Shown here piece by piece: positions 38,780 through 50,420 of a stretch of DNA of 64,000 nucleotides. The stretch lies in assembly GCA_965232515.1 (NCBI GenBank), contig CBDDPY010000002.1:4704001-4768000 (forward strand), in the 5' to 3' direction. The DNA is from Alphaproteobacteria bacterium (lineage in GTDB: Bacteria > Pseudomonadota > Alphaproteobacteria > GCA-2731375). Under the pieces are notes generated by a model. The model worked only from the letters and a program-made list of their open reading frames with translations, was not told where the DNA came from and searched no databases. The number at the start of each line of letters is the position of its first letter. The stretch's first letter is position 1. The translations under genes and the position numbers were made by a program.

Positions 38780-41463
38780 TCGCCGGCTGCGGCGTTCAGC
38801 GGCCGCCGTACCTCGACGACATCGTCCATGGCGACACCGTCGGCCTTGAAGCCGAGCGCTTTGGCCAAGGCGCGCATGCCGGCGTTCTCGCGTTTGATCT
38901 GGCCGACCATCTCGGTGGTGCCGCGGTCCCGGCAATAGTCGATCATCTTGGTCAGCAGCTTGCGGCCCAGGCCCTGGCGCTTCTGATCCGACCGGACGAC
39001 GATGGCGAACTCGGTCTGCCGGTTGTCCGGGTCGGTCACGCTGCGCACCACGCCCAGCGTCTCGGCGCTGCCGTCCGCCGTCGGCGCGGTTGCGATGAAC
39101 GCCATCTCGCGGTCGTAGTCGATCTGTGTCAGGCGGGCGATCTGGCTGTGCTCGAAGCTGCGGATCAGGCCGAAGAAACGCATGCGGACGTCCTGCTCGT
39201 CGAGCCGATTGAGAAACGCCGCGTGCGCCGGCTCGTCCTCCGGCCGGATCGGCCGCAGCAGGACCTCGCCGCCGTCGCTCAGCTTGAACGGTTCTTCCAG
39301 CTCCTTGGGATAGGGTTTGATCGCCAGCCTGTCGCCGCCGTCGGCCGCGGCGATGCCGATCCGCGCGTCCAGCGCCAGCACGCCGTCGGCGTCGGCGAAC
39401 AGCGGGTTGATGTCCAGCTCGACGATCTCCGGAATGTCGCAGATCAATTGCGCGATCTGCACCAGGGTCAATTGCAGGGCGGGCATGTCGATGGCCGGCT
39501 CGTCGCGATAGCCCGACAGCAGGCGGGAAATCCGGGTCTGGTCGATCAGGTCGGCCGCCAGCGCCATGTTCAGCGGCGGCAACGCCAGCGCCCGGTCGCC
39601 GATCACCTCGACCGCCTTGCCGCCCTCGCCGAACAGCACCACCGGCCCGAAGATCGGATCGGTCGCGCCGCCGACGATCAGCTCGTGCGCGCCCGGCCGG
39701 CGGGCCATCGTCTGCACCGTGAAGCCGTCGATCCGTGCGCCGGGTTGCAGCGCGTCGACCCGGGCCAGCATACCGTCGGCCGCCGTCCGCAGCGCCGCGG
39801 CGTCGCCAAGGTCGAGCGCCACGCCGCCGACATCCGACTTGTGGCTGATATCGGGCGACAGGATCTTCAGGGCGACCGGATAGCCCAGCCCGTCGGCGCG
39901 CGAGACGGCCTCGTCGGCGTTCTGCGCAACGGCCGTCGCCACCACGGGCACGCCGTAGGCGGCCAGCACCTGCTTGGCGTCGGGTTCCGTCAGCATGCGC
40001 TCGCCACGCTCCAGCGCCGCGGCGATCACCGCGCGGGCCTCGTCCGTCGCCGGCCTGAACCTTGTCGGCAGCGATGCTGGCGTCTGCATCAGGGCGTCCT
40101 GACGATGCCGGTAGGCCGTCATATGCAGGAAGGCCCGCACCGCGGCGCGCGGCGTGTCGTAGGTCGGCATGCCGGCCTCCGCGAACCGCTGTCGGGCCGT
40201 GGCGACGCCGTCGCGGCCGAGCCAGCAGGTCAGCACGTTCTTTCGCGTGTCCGCCGCCGCCTCGATCGTCGCTGCCGCGGCCGCTTCGGCCGAGGCGATG
40301 GCGGTCGGCGCATGCATGACCAGCAGGGCGTCGTTCTGCTTGTCGGCGAGCAGCGCGTCGACGGCCGCCGCGTAGCGTTCGCCGGGCGCGTCGCCGATGA
40401 TGTCGATGGGGTTTGCGCGCGACCAGTTGGCGGGCAGCGCCGCGTCGAGCGTGGCCAGCGTGTCCGGCGAGATATCGGCAAGCTTGCCGCCACCCTCGAT
40501 CAGCGCATCCGTCGCCAGGACGCCCGGACCGCCGCCATTGGTGGCGATGGCCAGTCGCTCGCCCCGCAATGGGCGCATCTTGGCCAGCGTCTCGGCCGCG
40601 TCGAACAACTCGTCGGTGCTGTAGACCCGAACGATGCCCGCCCGACGGAAAGCCGCGTCGTAGGCGGCATCGTTGCCGGCAAGCGCGCCGGTATGCGAGG
40701 CCGCGGCCGAGGCGCCTTCCTTCACGCGGCCGGCGCGGATCGCCAGGATCGGCTTGTTGCGGGCGGCCGCGCGCGCGGCCGACAGGAATTTCCGCGCGTG
40801 CTTCACCGACTCGATGTAGAGCAGGATCGCCCGCGTGGCGCCGTCGGCGCCGAGATAGTCGATGATGTCGCCGAAATCCACATCGGCGCTGTCGCCGAGC
40901 GAGATGAAATGCGAGAAGCCGACGCTTTGAGAGCGGGCCCAGTCCAGCACCGCCGTGCACAGCGCGCCCGACTGCGAGACGAAGGCGATCGGTCCCGGCG
41001 TCGCGGCGGCGTGGCTGAAGCTGGCGTTGAGGCCAATGCCGGGGCTCAGCAGACCGACGCAGTTCGGGCCGAGGATCCGGAACGTATATGGCCGGGCGGC
41101 GTCCAGCATCGCCTGTTGCAGCGTGCGGCCGTCCTCGGCCGTGAGGCGCGACAGGCCGGCCGTCAGCACGACGGCGGCGCGGCCACCGCGCGCGCCCAGG
41201 TCGGCGATCAGGCCCGGGACCGTTGCCGGCGGCGTGCAGATCACGCCCAGATCGGGCGCGTCCGGCAGGCTGGCGACGTCACGATGGGCCTTGACCCCGG
41301 CAACCTCGCGATGCTTCGGATTGACCGGCCAGACCGGGCCTGCGAATCCGCCCGACAGCAGGTTGCGCATAACGACCGCGCCGACGCTTTGCGGCCGGTC
41401 CGACGCGCCGATCACGGCGACCGAGGACGGCCGGAGCAGTTTGTCGAGGTGGCGGACGGTCAT
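38776..41463 (-). CDS. acetate-CoA ligase/GNAT fusion (Pat/Pka-type protein lysine acetyltransferase)
   Basis: SVAVIGAS, LGPNCVG, SHTGALAG, SHKSDVGGV, C-terminal GNAT domain IDYDREMAFIA. Confidence 0.92.
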   Translation of the reverse strand: MTVRHLDKLLRPSSVAVIGASDRPQSVGAVVMRNLLSGGFAGPVWPVNPKHREVAGVKAHRDVASLPDAPDLGVICTPPATVPGLIADLGARGGRAAVVLTAGLSRLTAEDGRTLQQAMLDAARPYTFRILGPNCVGLLSPGIGLNASFSHAAATPGPIAFVSQSGALCTAVLDWARSQSVGFSHFISLGDSADVDFGDIIDYLGADGATRAILLYIESVKHARKFLSAARAAARNKPILAIRAGRVKEGASAAASHTGALAGNDAAYDAAFRRAGIVRVYSTDELFDAAETLAKMRPLRGERLAIATNGGGPGVLATDALIEGGGKLADISPDTLATLDAALPANWSRANPIDIIGDAPGERYAAAVDALLADKQNDALLVMHAPTAIASAEAAAAATIEAAADTRKNVLTCWLGRDGVATARQRFAEAGMPTYDTPRAAVRAFLHMTAYRHRQDALMQTPASLPTRFRPATDEARAVIAAALERGERMLTEPDAKQVLAAYGVPVVATAVAQNADEAVSRADGLGYPVALKILSPDISHKSDVGGVALDLGDAAALRTAADGMLARVDALQPGARIDGFTVQTMARRPGAHELIVGGATDPIFGPVVLFGEGGKAVEVIGDRALALPPLNMALAADLIDQTRISRLLSGYRDEPAIDMPALQLTLVQIAQLICDIPEIVELDINPLFADADGVLALDARIGIAAADGGDRLAIKPYPKELEEPFKLSDGGEVLLRPIRPEDEPAHAAFLNRLDEQDVRMRFFGLIRSFEHSQIARLTQIDYDREMAFIATAPTADGSAETLGVVRSVTDPDNRQTEFAIVVRSDQKRQGLGRKLLTKMIDYCRDRGTTEMVGQIKRENAGMRALAKALGFKADGVAMDDVVEVRRPLNAAAGD

Positions 41464-41594
41464 CGGGCAGGCTCCGGCGGATCAGCGGCGGGATAGCGAT
41501 CTTCTGCATTTTGTGCGTTGCAGCATGATGTCAATGATCCCAATCCGTCGGGACCTGCCCATTGCGCCAGGCCATCGCCGCTCCTAGATTGCTG

Positions 41595-42338
41595 ATGGAG
41601 GGATCGGAGCATCTGCACGATATGTCGTTGACATCCGTACGGCCGGTAGACCTGCCGGTCTGGGCGTGGCTGTGGTTTCCGCCGGTCATGCTGCTGGCGG
41701 AACTGGGCACGCGTCTCTACGACGAGCCGCTCTACCGCCAGGTCTGGGACAGCGAACTGGGTCCGCTCGAGAACGGCACCGTTATCATCCTGCTGCCGGG
41801 CATCGTCGCCGGTCTGCTGGCGTTGCGCTACCGGTCGCTGCTGCCGATGCCGTGGCTGTCGGGGTGGATCCTGCTATTCGTGCTGGGATCGATCTATCTC
41901 GGCGGCGAGGAGGCGAGCTGGGGCCAGCATTGGTTCGGCTGGCAGACGCCCGAGGGCGTGCAGGCGCTGAACGATCAGCAGGAAACCAACCTGCACAACA
42001 TGTCCAGCTGGCTCGATCAGAAACCGCGCTTTCTGCTCGAGATGTGGGTGCTGTTTGCTGGGATCGTCTATCCGCTGTGGCGGGGTCGTGTCGGTGGCTG
42101 GCCAACGCCGGATCGCTGGAGCTACTGGATCTTGCCATCTCCCATCGTCCTGCCCACGGCCTTGCTGGCGATCCTCATCAAGCTGCCGGAACGTTTCAAA
42201 GACTGGTTCGGCTTCGAGCCGCCGCCGCCGCTGGACATCCGCCTCAGCGAGACCCAGGAATACTACTTCGCCCTGTTCCTCTGTCTTTATCTCTGCTCGA
42301 TCTTTGTTCGCCTCCGCCAGCTTGCCCGCGCTGGCTGA
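41595..42338 (+). CDS. integral membrane hypothetical protein
   Basis: Multiple TM helices; GEEASWGQ...NDQQETNLHN conserved motif. Confidence 0.8.
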   Translation: MEGSEHLHDMSLTSVRPVDLPVWAWLWFPPVMLLAELGTRLYDEPLYRQVWDSELGPLENGTVIILLPGIVAGLLALRYRSLLPMPWLSGWILLFVLGSIYLGGEEASWGQHWFGWQTPEGVQALNDQQETNLHNMSSWLDQKPRFLLEMWVLFAGIVYPLWRGRVGGWPTPDRWSYWILPSPIVLPTALLAILIKLPERFKDWFGFEPPPPLDIRLSETQEYYFALFLCLYLCSIFVRLRQLARAG

Positions 42339-42422
42339 TTGCAATTTGCAAATCCCATGCATGTCGGTCATTCATTTTCAATACGCGTCGCATTTTGCAA
42401 CGAAATAGCTCGAAAAAGAAGA

Positions 42423-42437
42423 TTAATAGATAATTAA
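42423..42437. promoter_or_regulatory. CtrA-type box
   Basis: Exact TTAA-N7-TTAA (TTAATAGATAATTAA). Confidence 0.55.
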
Positions 42438-42483
42438 TACATACCTCGGTTGCAAAACCGGCCCTGATTTGGGTTTTTGCTGT

Positions 42484-42499
42484 TGGCCCGCCTTTTGCT
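42484..42499 (+). promoter_or_regulatory. sigma54 (-24/-12) promoter
   Basis: TGGCCCG-cctt-TTGCT with canonical GG/GC spacing. Confidence 0.6.
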
Positions 42500-42509
42500 C
42501 TTTACCAAG

Positions 42510-42593
42510 ACAGTCCCCTTGGGGACACAGTGCGGGATCGTCGCTGGATTAAGCGACCCCCTATGAAGGTGGCGATCCCGCTCTTTTCTTTTT
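42510..42593 (+). ncRNA. candidate small RNA
   Basis: Downstream of the sigma54 motif; hairpin GTCCCC-tt-GGGGAC, long stem 42532-42581 and T-rich tail; located between convergent genes. Confidence 0.45.
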
Positions 42594-42639
42594 CCGACAA
42601 TCAGATGCTTGGCCGGTCTTGACCGGCCCGTCGTGGATG

Positions 42640-43386
42640 TCAATTCGGCCCTGGCGCGGCCCCGAACATCAGCTCGATGATTGACGCCCGGCTCTGGCCG
42701 CCGGTGTCATCGCTGTCAGCCGAGATCGCCAGCTGTCGGATCGGTGGCGGCGGACCCCCGAAGATGCGCTCATAGTCGGCCGCAACGTCGACGTTTTCGC
42801 TGATCCATTCGCCGGTCGGCGCGCTGCCGTTGCGCAGGATCACCTGCATGCCCGCGCCGCCGAAATAGGCGCTTTTGATCAGGCTGCCGGTCGGATGGTC
42901 GCCGCCCCAGGTGTAGCTCAACAGCCGGCCCGGCGCGTCCCGTCCTTTCCAGGCCTCGACCAGCGGCCGCATCATCCGCTCTTTCAGGCTGGCGGTGTCC
43001 GGATCCCACTCGAAGAACACGAAGATCGCCGCCGGCCGGTCATCGCCACCGCGCCGGGACAGATCGGTCGCTGGCAGGTTTTCGTCGACCCGCCAGCGCC
43101 AGGACAGGCGGGGCGTATCGGCCGGATCGACGTCGATCGGCAGATAGATCAGCGACGCGCTCCCGTCGGTGTTGATCTCGATGCTGCCGTCGGCGCCGCC
43201 GACGAAATTGTTGCGGCGCTTGCCGTCGAACTCGAACTCCTGCCAGCCGGCCATGGCCAGATCGGACTTGACCGGCAGCCGGAAGCCGTCCGCCAGGACT
43301 GGCGTGGCGCCCAAGCCGATGGCGAGTGCAATCGCCGTACACCGCGATGTTCGCTTCGACGTACTATACCGACTGACTAAACGCAT
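42640..43386 (-). CDS. DUF3047 family secreted protein
   Basis: LSWRWRVD...GGDDRPAAI...ADY...FG...ISADSDDTG. Confidence 0.8.
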   Translation of the reverse strand: MRLVSRYSTSKRTSRCTAIALAIGLGATPVLADGFRLPVKSDLAMAGWQEFEFDGKRRNNFVGGADGSIEINTDGSASLIYLPIDVDPADTPRLSWRWRVDENLPATDLSRRGGDDRPAAIFVFFEWDPDTASLKERMMRPLVEAWKGRDAPGRLLSYTWGGDHPTGSLIKSAYFGGAGMQVILRNGSAPTGEWISENVDVAADYERIFGGPPPPIRQLAISADSDDTGGQSRASIIELMFGAAPGPN

Positions 43387-43396
43387 ACCCTCTAAT

Positions 43397-44671
43397 ATGG
43401 ATGGATACCGGTTGAGGTCACGTTACTCAGCAAAATTTGTATTCGGCGCTCATTTCGTGATGGTGGGCCTGCTTTGCCTATGGTCGGCGATCAGTGCTGC
43501 CGAGCCGAATGAGCCGGTTGGGCGCGATTTCCATCTGACGCCCGATGACCTGCCGCCGCCATTCGCGACGCCGAGCGTCGGCAACGGCTCGCAATATATC
43601 GGCCGGCCGGCTGATGCGACGCTGCAGGTGCCGACCGGTTTCCGGGCCGATCTGTTTCGCGCCGGTCTACGCGGGCCGCGCTGGATGGCCGTCGCCGCGA
43701 ACGGCGACGTGGTGCTGGCTGAGACCTTTCAAGGCCGGATCAGCGTTCTGCGCGACGCCGATGGCGACGGCGCGGCCGAACTGATGGAAACCTTCAGCGA
43801 CGAAATCGAAGGCCCGCACGGCCTGGCGATCCACGATGGCCACCTCTACGTCAGCGATCCGACTACCGTCTGGCGCTACGCCTACGAACCCGGCCAGCTG
43901 CGGCGGCGCGGCCGGGCCGAGCGCGTGACGCCAACCGGCGGTCTCGGCGACGGCGGCGGCCACTGGACCCGCAACCTCGCCGTCTCCCCCGACGGCCGGC
44001 GGCTGTTCGTCGCCATCGGCAGCCGCGGCAACATCGCCGAGGAACCGCCGCCGCGCGCCACGGTCAAAGGCTATGATCTGGACGGCGGCAACGGCCGAAT
44101 CCTCGCCTATGGTCTGCGCAATCCGGTCGGCATCGCTTTCCACCCCACGACGGCCGACCTCTATGTCGTGGTCAACGAGCGCGACGGCCTGGGCGACGGG
44201 CTGGTGCCGGATTATCTGACCCGCATCACCGAGGGCGATTTTTTCGGCTGGCCCTATGCCTATATCGGCGCCAACCCCGACCCCACCATGAACGGCCGGC
44301 GGTCCGATCTCGTTGCGGCGACCAAGGTGCCGGACGTCCTGTTCCAGTCGCATTCGGCGCCGATCGGCCTGGTGTTCTACGACGGCCCCCAGTTTCCGGC
44401 TGACTACCGGGGCGATGCCTTCGTCGCCCTGCGCGGGTCCTGGAACGCGGCCCAGCCGACCGGCTACAAAGTCGTGCATGTGCCGTTCGCGGACGGCCGT
44501 CCGGTTGGCAGCTACCGCAACTTCGTCACCGGGTTCTGGACCGCCGGCGCCAACACGGCCCAGGTCATCGGCCGTCCTGCCGGGCTCGCGGTGGCGCGCG
44601 ACGGCAGCTTGCTGATTGCCGACGACACGGGCGGCGCCATCTGGCGCGTCAGTTATGTCGGCTCGAATTAG
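43397..44671 (+). CDS. PQQ-dependent sugar/sorbosone dehydrogenase family protein
   Basis: HWTR, GLRNPVG, NERDGLGD, HSAPIG, GSWN, GRPAG; start uncertain. Confidence 0.9.
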   Translation: MDGYRLRSRYSAKFVFGAHFVMVGLLCLWSAISAAEPNEPVGRDFHLTPDDLPPPFATPSVGNGSQYIGRPADATLQVPTGFRADLFRAGLRGPRWMAVAANGDVVLAETFQGRISVLRDADGDGAAELMETFSDEIEGPHGLAIHDGHLYVSDPTTVWRYAYEPGQLRRRGRAERVTPTGGLGDGGGHWTRNLAVSPDGRRLFVAIGSRGNIAEEPPPRATVKGYDLDGGNGRILAYGLRNPVGIAFHPTTADLYVVVNERDGLGDGLVPDYLTRITEGDFFGWPYAYIGANPDPTMNGRRSDLVAATKVPDVLFQSHSAPIGLVFYDGPQFPADYRGDAFVALRGSWNAAQPTGYKVVHVPFADGRPVGSYRNFVTGFWTAGANTAQVIGRPAGLAVARDGSLLIADDTGGAIWRVSYVGSN

Positions 44672-44674
44672 GGA

Positions 44675-45271
44675 ATGACAGTGGCGACCGAGTTCAGCTT
44701 GCCGGCCAACGCGGCCCTGCTGATCGTCGACGTGCAACGGGCCATCGACGACCCCAGCTGGGGCGTCCGCAACAACCCGGAAGCCGAGGCGAACATCGCG
44801 CCATTGCTGGCGGCCTGGCGCGCCGCCGGCCGGCCGGTCTTTCACGTCAAGCACAACTCCACCGAGCCGCAATCGACCTACCGTCCGGGCCAGCCGGGCA
44901 ACGATTTCAAGCCCGAGGTCGCGCCGCTGCCGGGCGAGGTCGTGATCGAAAAGCAGACGAACGCGGCCTTCATCGGCACGGACCTCGAGTCCCGGCTGCG
45001 TCGCGCCGGCATCTCGACGCTCGTCGTCACCGGCGTCATCACCAACAATTCCGTCGAGGCCACGGTGCGCATGGCCGGCAACCTGGGCTTCGATACCGTC
45101 GTGGTCTCGGACGCCACCGCCACGTTCGGCAGGACCGACCTGCGCGGCAAGAACTGGTCGGCCGACGATGTGCATTGGCTGGCGCTGTCGAACATGGACG
45201 GCGAATACGCCCGAGTGGTCTCGACGCCCCAGCTTCTCGCCCTTGTTGACCCGCCGGGCGGAACTGGCTAG
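44675..45271 (+). CDS. isochorismatase-like cysteine hydrolase family protein
   Basis: ALLIVDVQ, K..NAAFIGTDL, TNNSVEATVR. Confidence 0.9.
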   Translation: MTVATEFSLPANAALLIVDVQRAIDDPSWGVRNNPEAEANIAPLLAAWRAAGRPVFHVKHNSTEPQSTYRPGQPGNDFKPEVAPLPGEVVIEKQTNAAFIGTDLESRLRRAGISTLVVTGVITNNSVEATVRMAGNLGFDTVVVSDATATFGRTDLRGKNWSADDVHWLALSNMDGEYARVVSTPQLLALVDPPGGTG

Positions 45272-45367
45272 GGTCCCGGCCATGCAGACGCGGTTTCACA
45301 CGCTGTCGCTCCGTCGACTTATCTGCCCGGCTCTCCCTTGGGGCCGGGACGTCGACGTTTGTTTTGA

Positions 45368-47194
<1,827 letters not shown>

Positions 47195-47214
47195 CCGAAG
47201 CCGGTTACAATAGC

Positions 47215-47250
47215 CGGGCGGGTTCGCGCCTTCGCGACCCGCCCGTTTTT
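47215..47250 (+). terminator. Rho-independent terminator after leuA
   Basis: CGGGCGGGT...ACCCGCCCG-TTTTT. Confidence 0.8.
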
Positions 47251-47281
47251 CATGTCCAACCGAGCCAGAGGGAGGGGTCGC

Positions 47282-47833
47282 ATGACCCGCGTTCGCCAGC
47301 TTTCCCCCGACGAGATGACGCCGGCCCAGCGCGCGGTCTACGACGCGATCCTCGCCGGACCGCGCGCCGCCATCGGCGGCCCGTTCATGCCCTGGCTGCA
47401 AAGTCCGGAGCTGGCCGACCGGGCCCAGAACCTCGGCGCTTTCGTCCGCTTCGAGACCTCGTTGCCGCCGCGCCTGTCCGAGCTAGCGATCCTGGTCACG
47501 GCCCGGCACTGGACGGCGCAATACGAATGGTGGGCGCACGAGCCAATCGCCCTCAAGGCCGGCCTGAACGCCGGCATCGTCGCCGCCATCAAGTCGTGCC
47601 AGCGGCCGCGCTTCACGGCCGAGGACGAGGAACTGGTCTACGACTTCGCCAGCACGCTGCATGCCGAACACAGGATCGATGACGAACTCCATGCGCGGGC
47701 GCAAACGCTTCTCGGCGAGCCGGCCGTCGTCGAGCTGGTCGGCATCCTCGGCTACTACACGCTCGTCGCCATGACCCTCAATGTCTATGAGATGCCGTTG
47801 CCGGAAGGCGAGTCGCCGCCGCTGCCCGACTGA
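47282..47833 (+). CDS. carboxymuconolactone decarboxylase (AhpD-like) family protein
   Basis: GPF..WL.SPEL, ELAILVTAR.W...YEWWAH. Confidence 0.88.
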   Translation: MTRVRQLSPDEMTPAQRAVYDAILAGPRAAIGGPFMPWLQSPELADRAQNLGAFVRFETSLPPRLSELAILVTARHWTAQYEWWAHEPIALKAGLNAGIVAAIKSCQRPRFTAEDEELVYDFASTLHAEHRIDDELHARAQTLLGEPAVVELVGILGYYTLVAMTLNVYEMPLPEGESPPLPD

Positions 47834-47844
47834 CGCGAAGCAGG

Positions 47845-50076
47845 TTAGCGCCCGGCCGCCATCGCCGCCGGCCGCCGGCTGCCGCGCGTCGCCGGGAAAC
47901 GGGCGGTGACCGTCGTGCCCTCTCCCACGGCGCTGTCGATGATCAGTTCGCCGCCATGCAGCTCGGTAAAGGCCTTGGCCAGCGTCAGGCCCAGGCCCGC
48001 GCCCTCGAACTTCCGCGTCAGCCGGCTGTCCACCTGACCGAATACCGACATCGCCTTCGGCATGTCCTGTTCGGCCATGCCGATGCCGGTATCCCAGACA
48101 ACCAGATCCACGCGTCCGTCGATGCGCCGGCGGGCGCGGATCCCGATACGCCCCTCGGCGGGCGTGAATTTCATCGCATTGGCCGCCAGCTTCAGCAGGA
48201 TCTGCTGCAGCAACCTGGGATCGGCCCAAAGACAGCCGATCTCGGGATCAATGGTCAGATCGAACGTGAGCGCTTCGGCGGCCGGGTCCCGCCTGATGGT
48301 CTCGCAAACCTCGCCGATCGCCGCTTCGAGATCGCATTCTGCCTCTTCCAAGACCAGACGACCGGCCTCGATATTGGTGATGTCGAGGATGTCGTTGATG
48401 GTCGCCAGCAGCGCACGACCGCGCGTGCCGATGTCGCCGATGGCTTCCCGCTGCTTGGCGCGCAGGTCGCCGTAGATGCCCAGCTCCAGCATCTCCGAGA
48501 AGCCGATCACGGCGTTCAGCGGGGTGCGCAGCTCGTGGCTCATGTTGGCGAAGAATTCCGACTTCATCCTGTCGGCCTGCTCCGCCGCTTCCTTTGCCTG
48601 CGTCAGCTCCCTCTGGACCTGCTTTTGCTCGGTGATGTCATGCACGAGCTTAAAGCAGCCGCGCACCATGCCGTTACCATCGACATGGGGAATGTAGGTT
48701 CCGGCGACGTCGCGGATGCGACCGTCGGGATAGACGATCTGATCCTCGTAGACGACGGGCTTGCCGGAAAGGGCCTTGTCCAGCCGTCGGGCAATGCGTT
48801 CGCCGCCGGGGCCGGCAACCACCTCGGTGACATGCCGGCCCAGGACCCTCGCGCGTGTCGTCGCATTCCACTCGACGCAGGTTTTGTTGGCGAAGACGAA
48901 CCGCTTGCCCCGATCGAGATAGGCGATCGTCGCCGGCACGGAATCGGTGATCAATCGAAGCTGGTCATGGCTCTCCTGCAGCGCCCGTGTCCGATCCTCG
49001 ACCCGTCGTTCCAGCTCGTCGCGCGCGCGGCGCAGTTCTTTCTCGATGGCCTTCTTTTCCGTGATGTCGGTCCGGATGCCGACATAGTCGCCGCGCGCCG
49101 TACGCCGATCGCTGGCCAGAAGCCAACGGCCGTCGCCCAGCTGGAATTCGACGTTGCTGTCGCCAGCCTTGTGGTGGGCCACACGCTGAGAGACCCAGTC
49201 TTCCACGGCGTCCGACGGAATGTTGACGGCCTTTCGCTCGGCGACGGCGCGTACGAGATCCTCGAAGCGGGCGCCCGGCACGAACAGATCCGCCGTGTCG
49301 GGATTGGTGTCTTTGAATTTTTTGTTGCAGAACACCAGACGGTCGTCGGCATCGAACCAGACAAAGCCGTCCGAAATGTTCTCCAGCACCTCGTTGAGCA
49401 CGTCGGCCGACTTGGCCAGCTTGTCGTTCAGCTCACTGATCTCACGCTCTGCCTTAACGCGTTCGACAAAGGACCGATAGTTGCTGCGGACGATGAAGGT
49501 CAGAAAGGCCATGTACAGCGCCAACAGCGCGATAAAGGCGTACTGATCCGGCCCGCCCGCGACCGCCATGCGCAGCGCCAGCGGTGCCAGATGCGCGGCC
49601 GAAAATCCCAATGCCGCGGCCGGGATGATCGACATGGCGCCGACCGCGGCGGCCGGATTGCCGCCGGCCACGCCGATCAGCACCAGCTGATGCGCGCTGA
49701 GTTCGGGGCTGTAGAACAGAAATCCGGACAGGCCCCAGATAAGCCCGCCGATCATGCTGGTCACGACCAGTTTTCGGATCTGCGTCGGGCGGACGGCGGC
49801 CGCCGGCGGACGATGGCGGTTTCGCAGCCAGCGCCGCAGGCTGACGATCGGCAGCAACCAGGTCAGCATCAGCCAGGGCAGCACGACCCAGGCCGGTGCG
49901 GTGTGAAGGCAGGTCGCCGCGACCAGCGCTGACGCCGCCATCTGCGCCAGGCAAAGACTGGGCAGCATGCGGCGATAGTGCCGCATCTGCTCGACGCGGA
50001 TTTCCGCCTGAAGCGTCGGTTCCGCCGATGCCGTGGACTCACCGTTGTGACGACGGGAGGTGCGACCTTGCCTCAT
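47845..50076 (-). CDS. membrane-bound PAS sensor histidine kinase (PleC/DivJ-like H-box)
   Basis: N-terminal TM bundle, two PAS domains, ANMSHELRTPLNAVIGFSE, DTGIG, GAGLGL. Confidence 0.92.
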   Translation of the reverse strand: MRQGRTSRRHNGESTASAEPTLQAEIRVEQMRHYRRMLPSLCLAQMAASALVAATCLHTAPAWVVLPWLMLTWLLPIVSLRRWLRNRHRPPAAAVRPTQIRKLVVTSMIGGLIWGLSGFLFYSPELSAHQLVLIGVAGGNPAAAVGAMSIIPAAALGFSAAHLAPLALRMAVAGGPDQYAFIALLALYMAFLTFIVRSNYRSFVERVKAEREISELNDKLAKSADVLNEVLENISDGFVWFDADDRLVFCNKKFKDTNPDTADLFVPGARFEDLVRAVAERKAVNIPSDAVEDWVSQRVAHHKAGDSNVEFQLGDGRWLLASDRRTARGDYVGIRTDITEKKAIEKELRRARDELERRVEDRTRALQESHDQLRLITDSVPATIAYLDRGKRFVFANKTCVEWNATTRARVLGRHVTEVVAGPGGERIARRLDKALSGKPVVYEDQIVYPDGRIRDVAGTYIPHVDGNGMVRGCFKLVHDITEQKQVQRELTQAKEAAEQADRMKSEFFANMSHELRTPLNAVIGFSEMLELGIYGDLRAKQREAIGDIGTRGRALLATINDILDITNIEAGRLVLEEAECDLEAAIGEVCETIRRDPAAEALTFDLTIDPEIGCLWADPRLLQQILLKLAANAMKFTPAEGRIGIRARRRIDGRVDLVVWDTGIGMAEQDMPKAMSVFGQVDSRLTRKFEGAGLGLTLAKAFTELHGGELIIDSAVGEGTTVTARFPATRGSRRPAAMAAGR

Positions 50077-50324
50077 GCCAATCTAGACCGTGGACTGGCC
50101 GATCGACGACCCCAGCCCGGCGGCGCGGCGGAAACGTCGCGCGCGGGCTCGAACGACTTGCTGTTGGGCGCCGATCTTGCCCACGGCGGCTTAAAAAGCG
50201 CCTAATCGGAGGTTGCTGATCTGGTAATTTTTTCCTAGATGCCGACGCGGCCGCCAAGCATGGATTAACCGGTCGTCAATGAATTTCCGCCACCCTGCAG
50301 GCCGGTTATGGACCCACTGGGAGT

Positions 50325-50413
50325 CCTCGAAACGGCAAACCGTCGGCAACGGCGGGACGCAAAACCTCCGGTCCGCGCGGGTTTCCGGCGTGGATAGCGG
50401 GGCTGTCGAAAGG
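50325..50413 (+). ncRNA. c-di-GMP-I (GEMM) riboswitch aptamer
   Basis: GGCAAACC-GTCG-GCAA-CGGC-GGGACGCAAA-ACCTCCGG...GATAGCGGGGCTGTCGAAA follows the GEMM-I layout (GNRA tetraloop, receptor, pseudoknot-free two-stem core) in the flagellin 5' leader. Confidence 0.88.
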
Positions 50414-50420
50414 CGTACGC

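Noticed and set aside
38401-41496. Long antisense or alternative-frame ORFs (e.g. 38401-41496 +, 38324-40960 -, 47956-49932 +, 5799-7388 -, 20383-22260 -)
   Set aside because: Shadow ORFs typical of high-GC DNA, overlapping well-supported genes and lacking motifs
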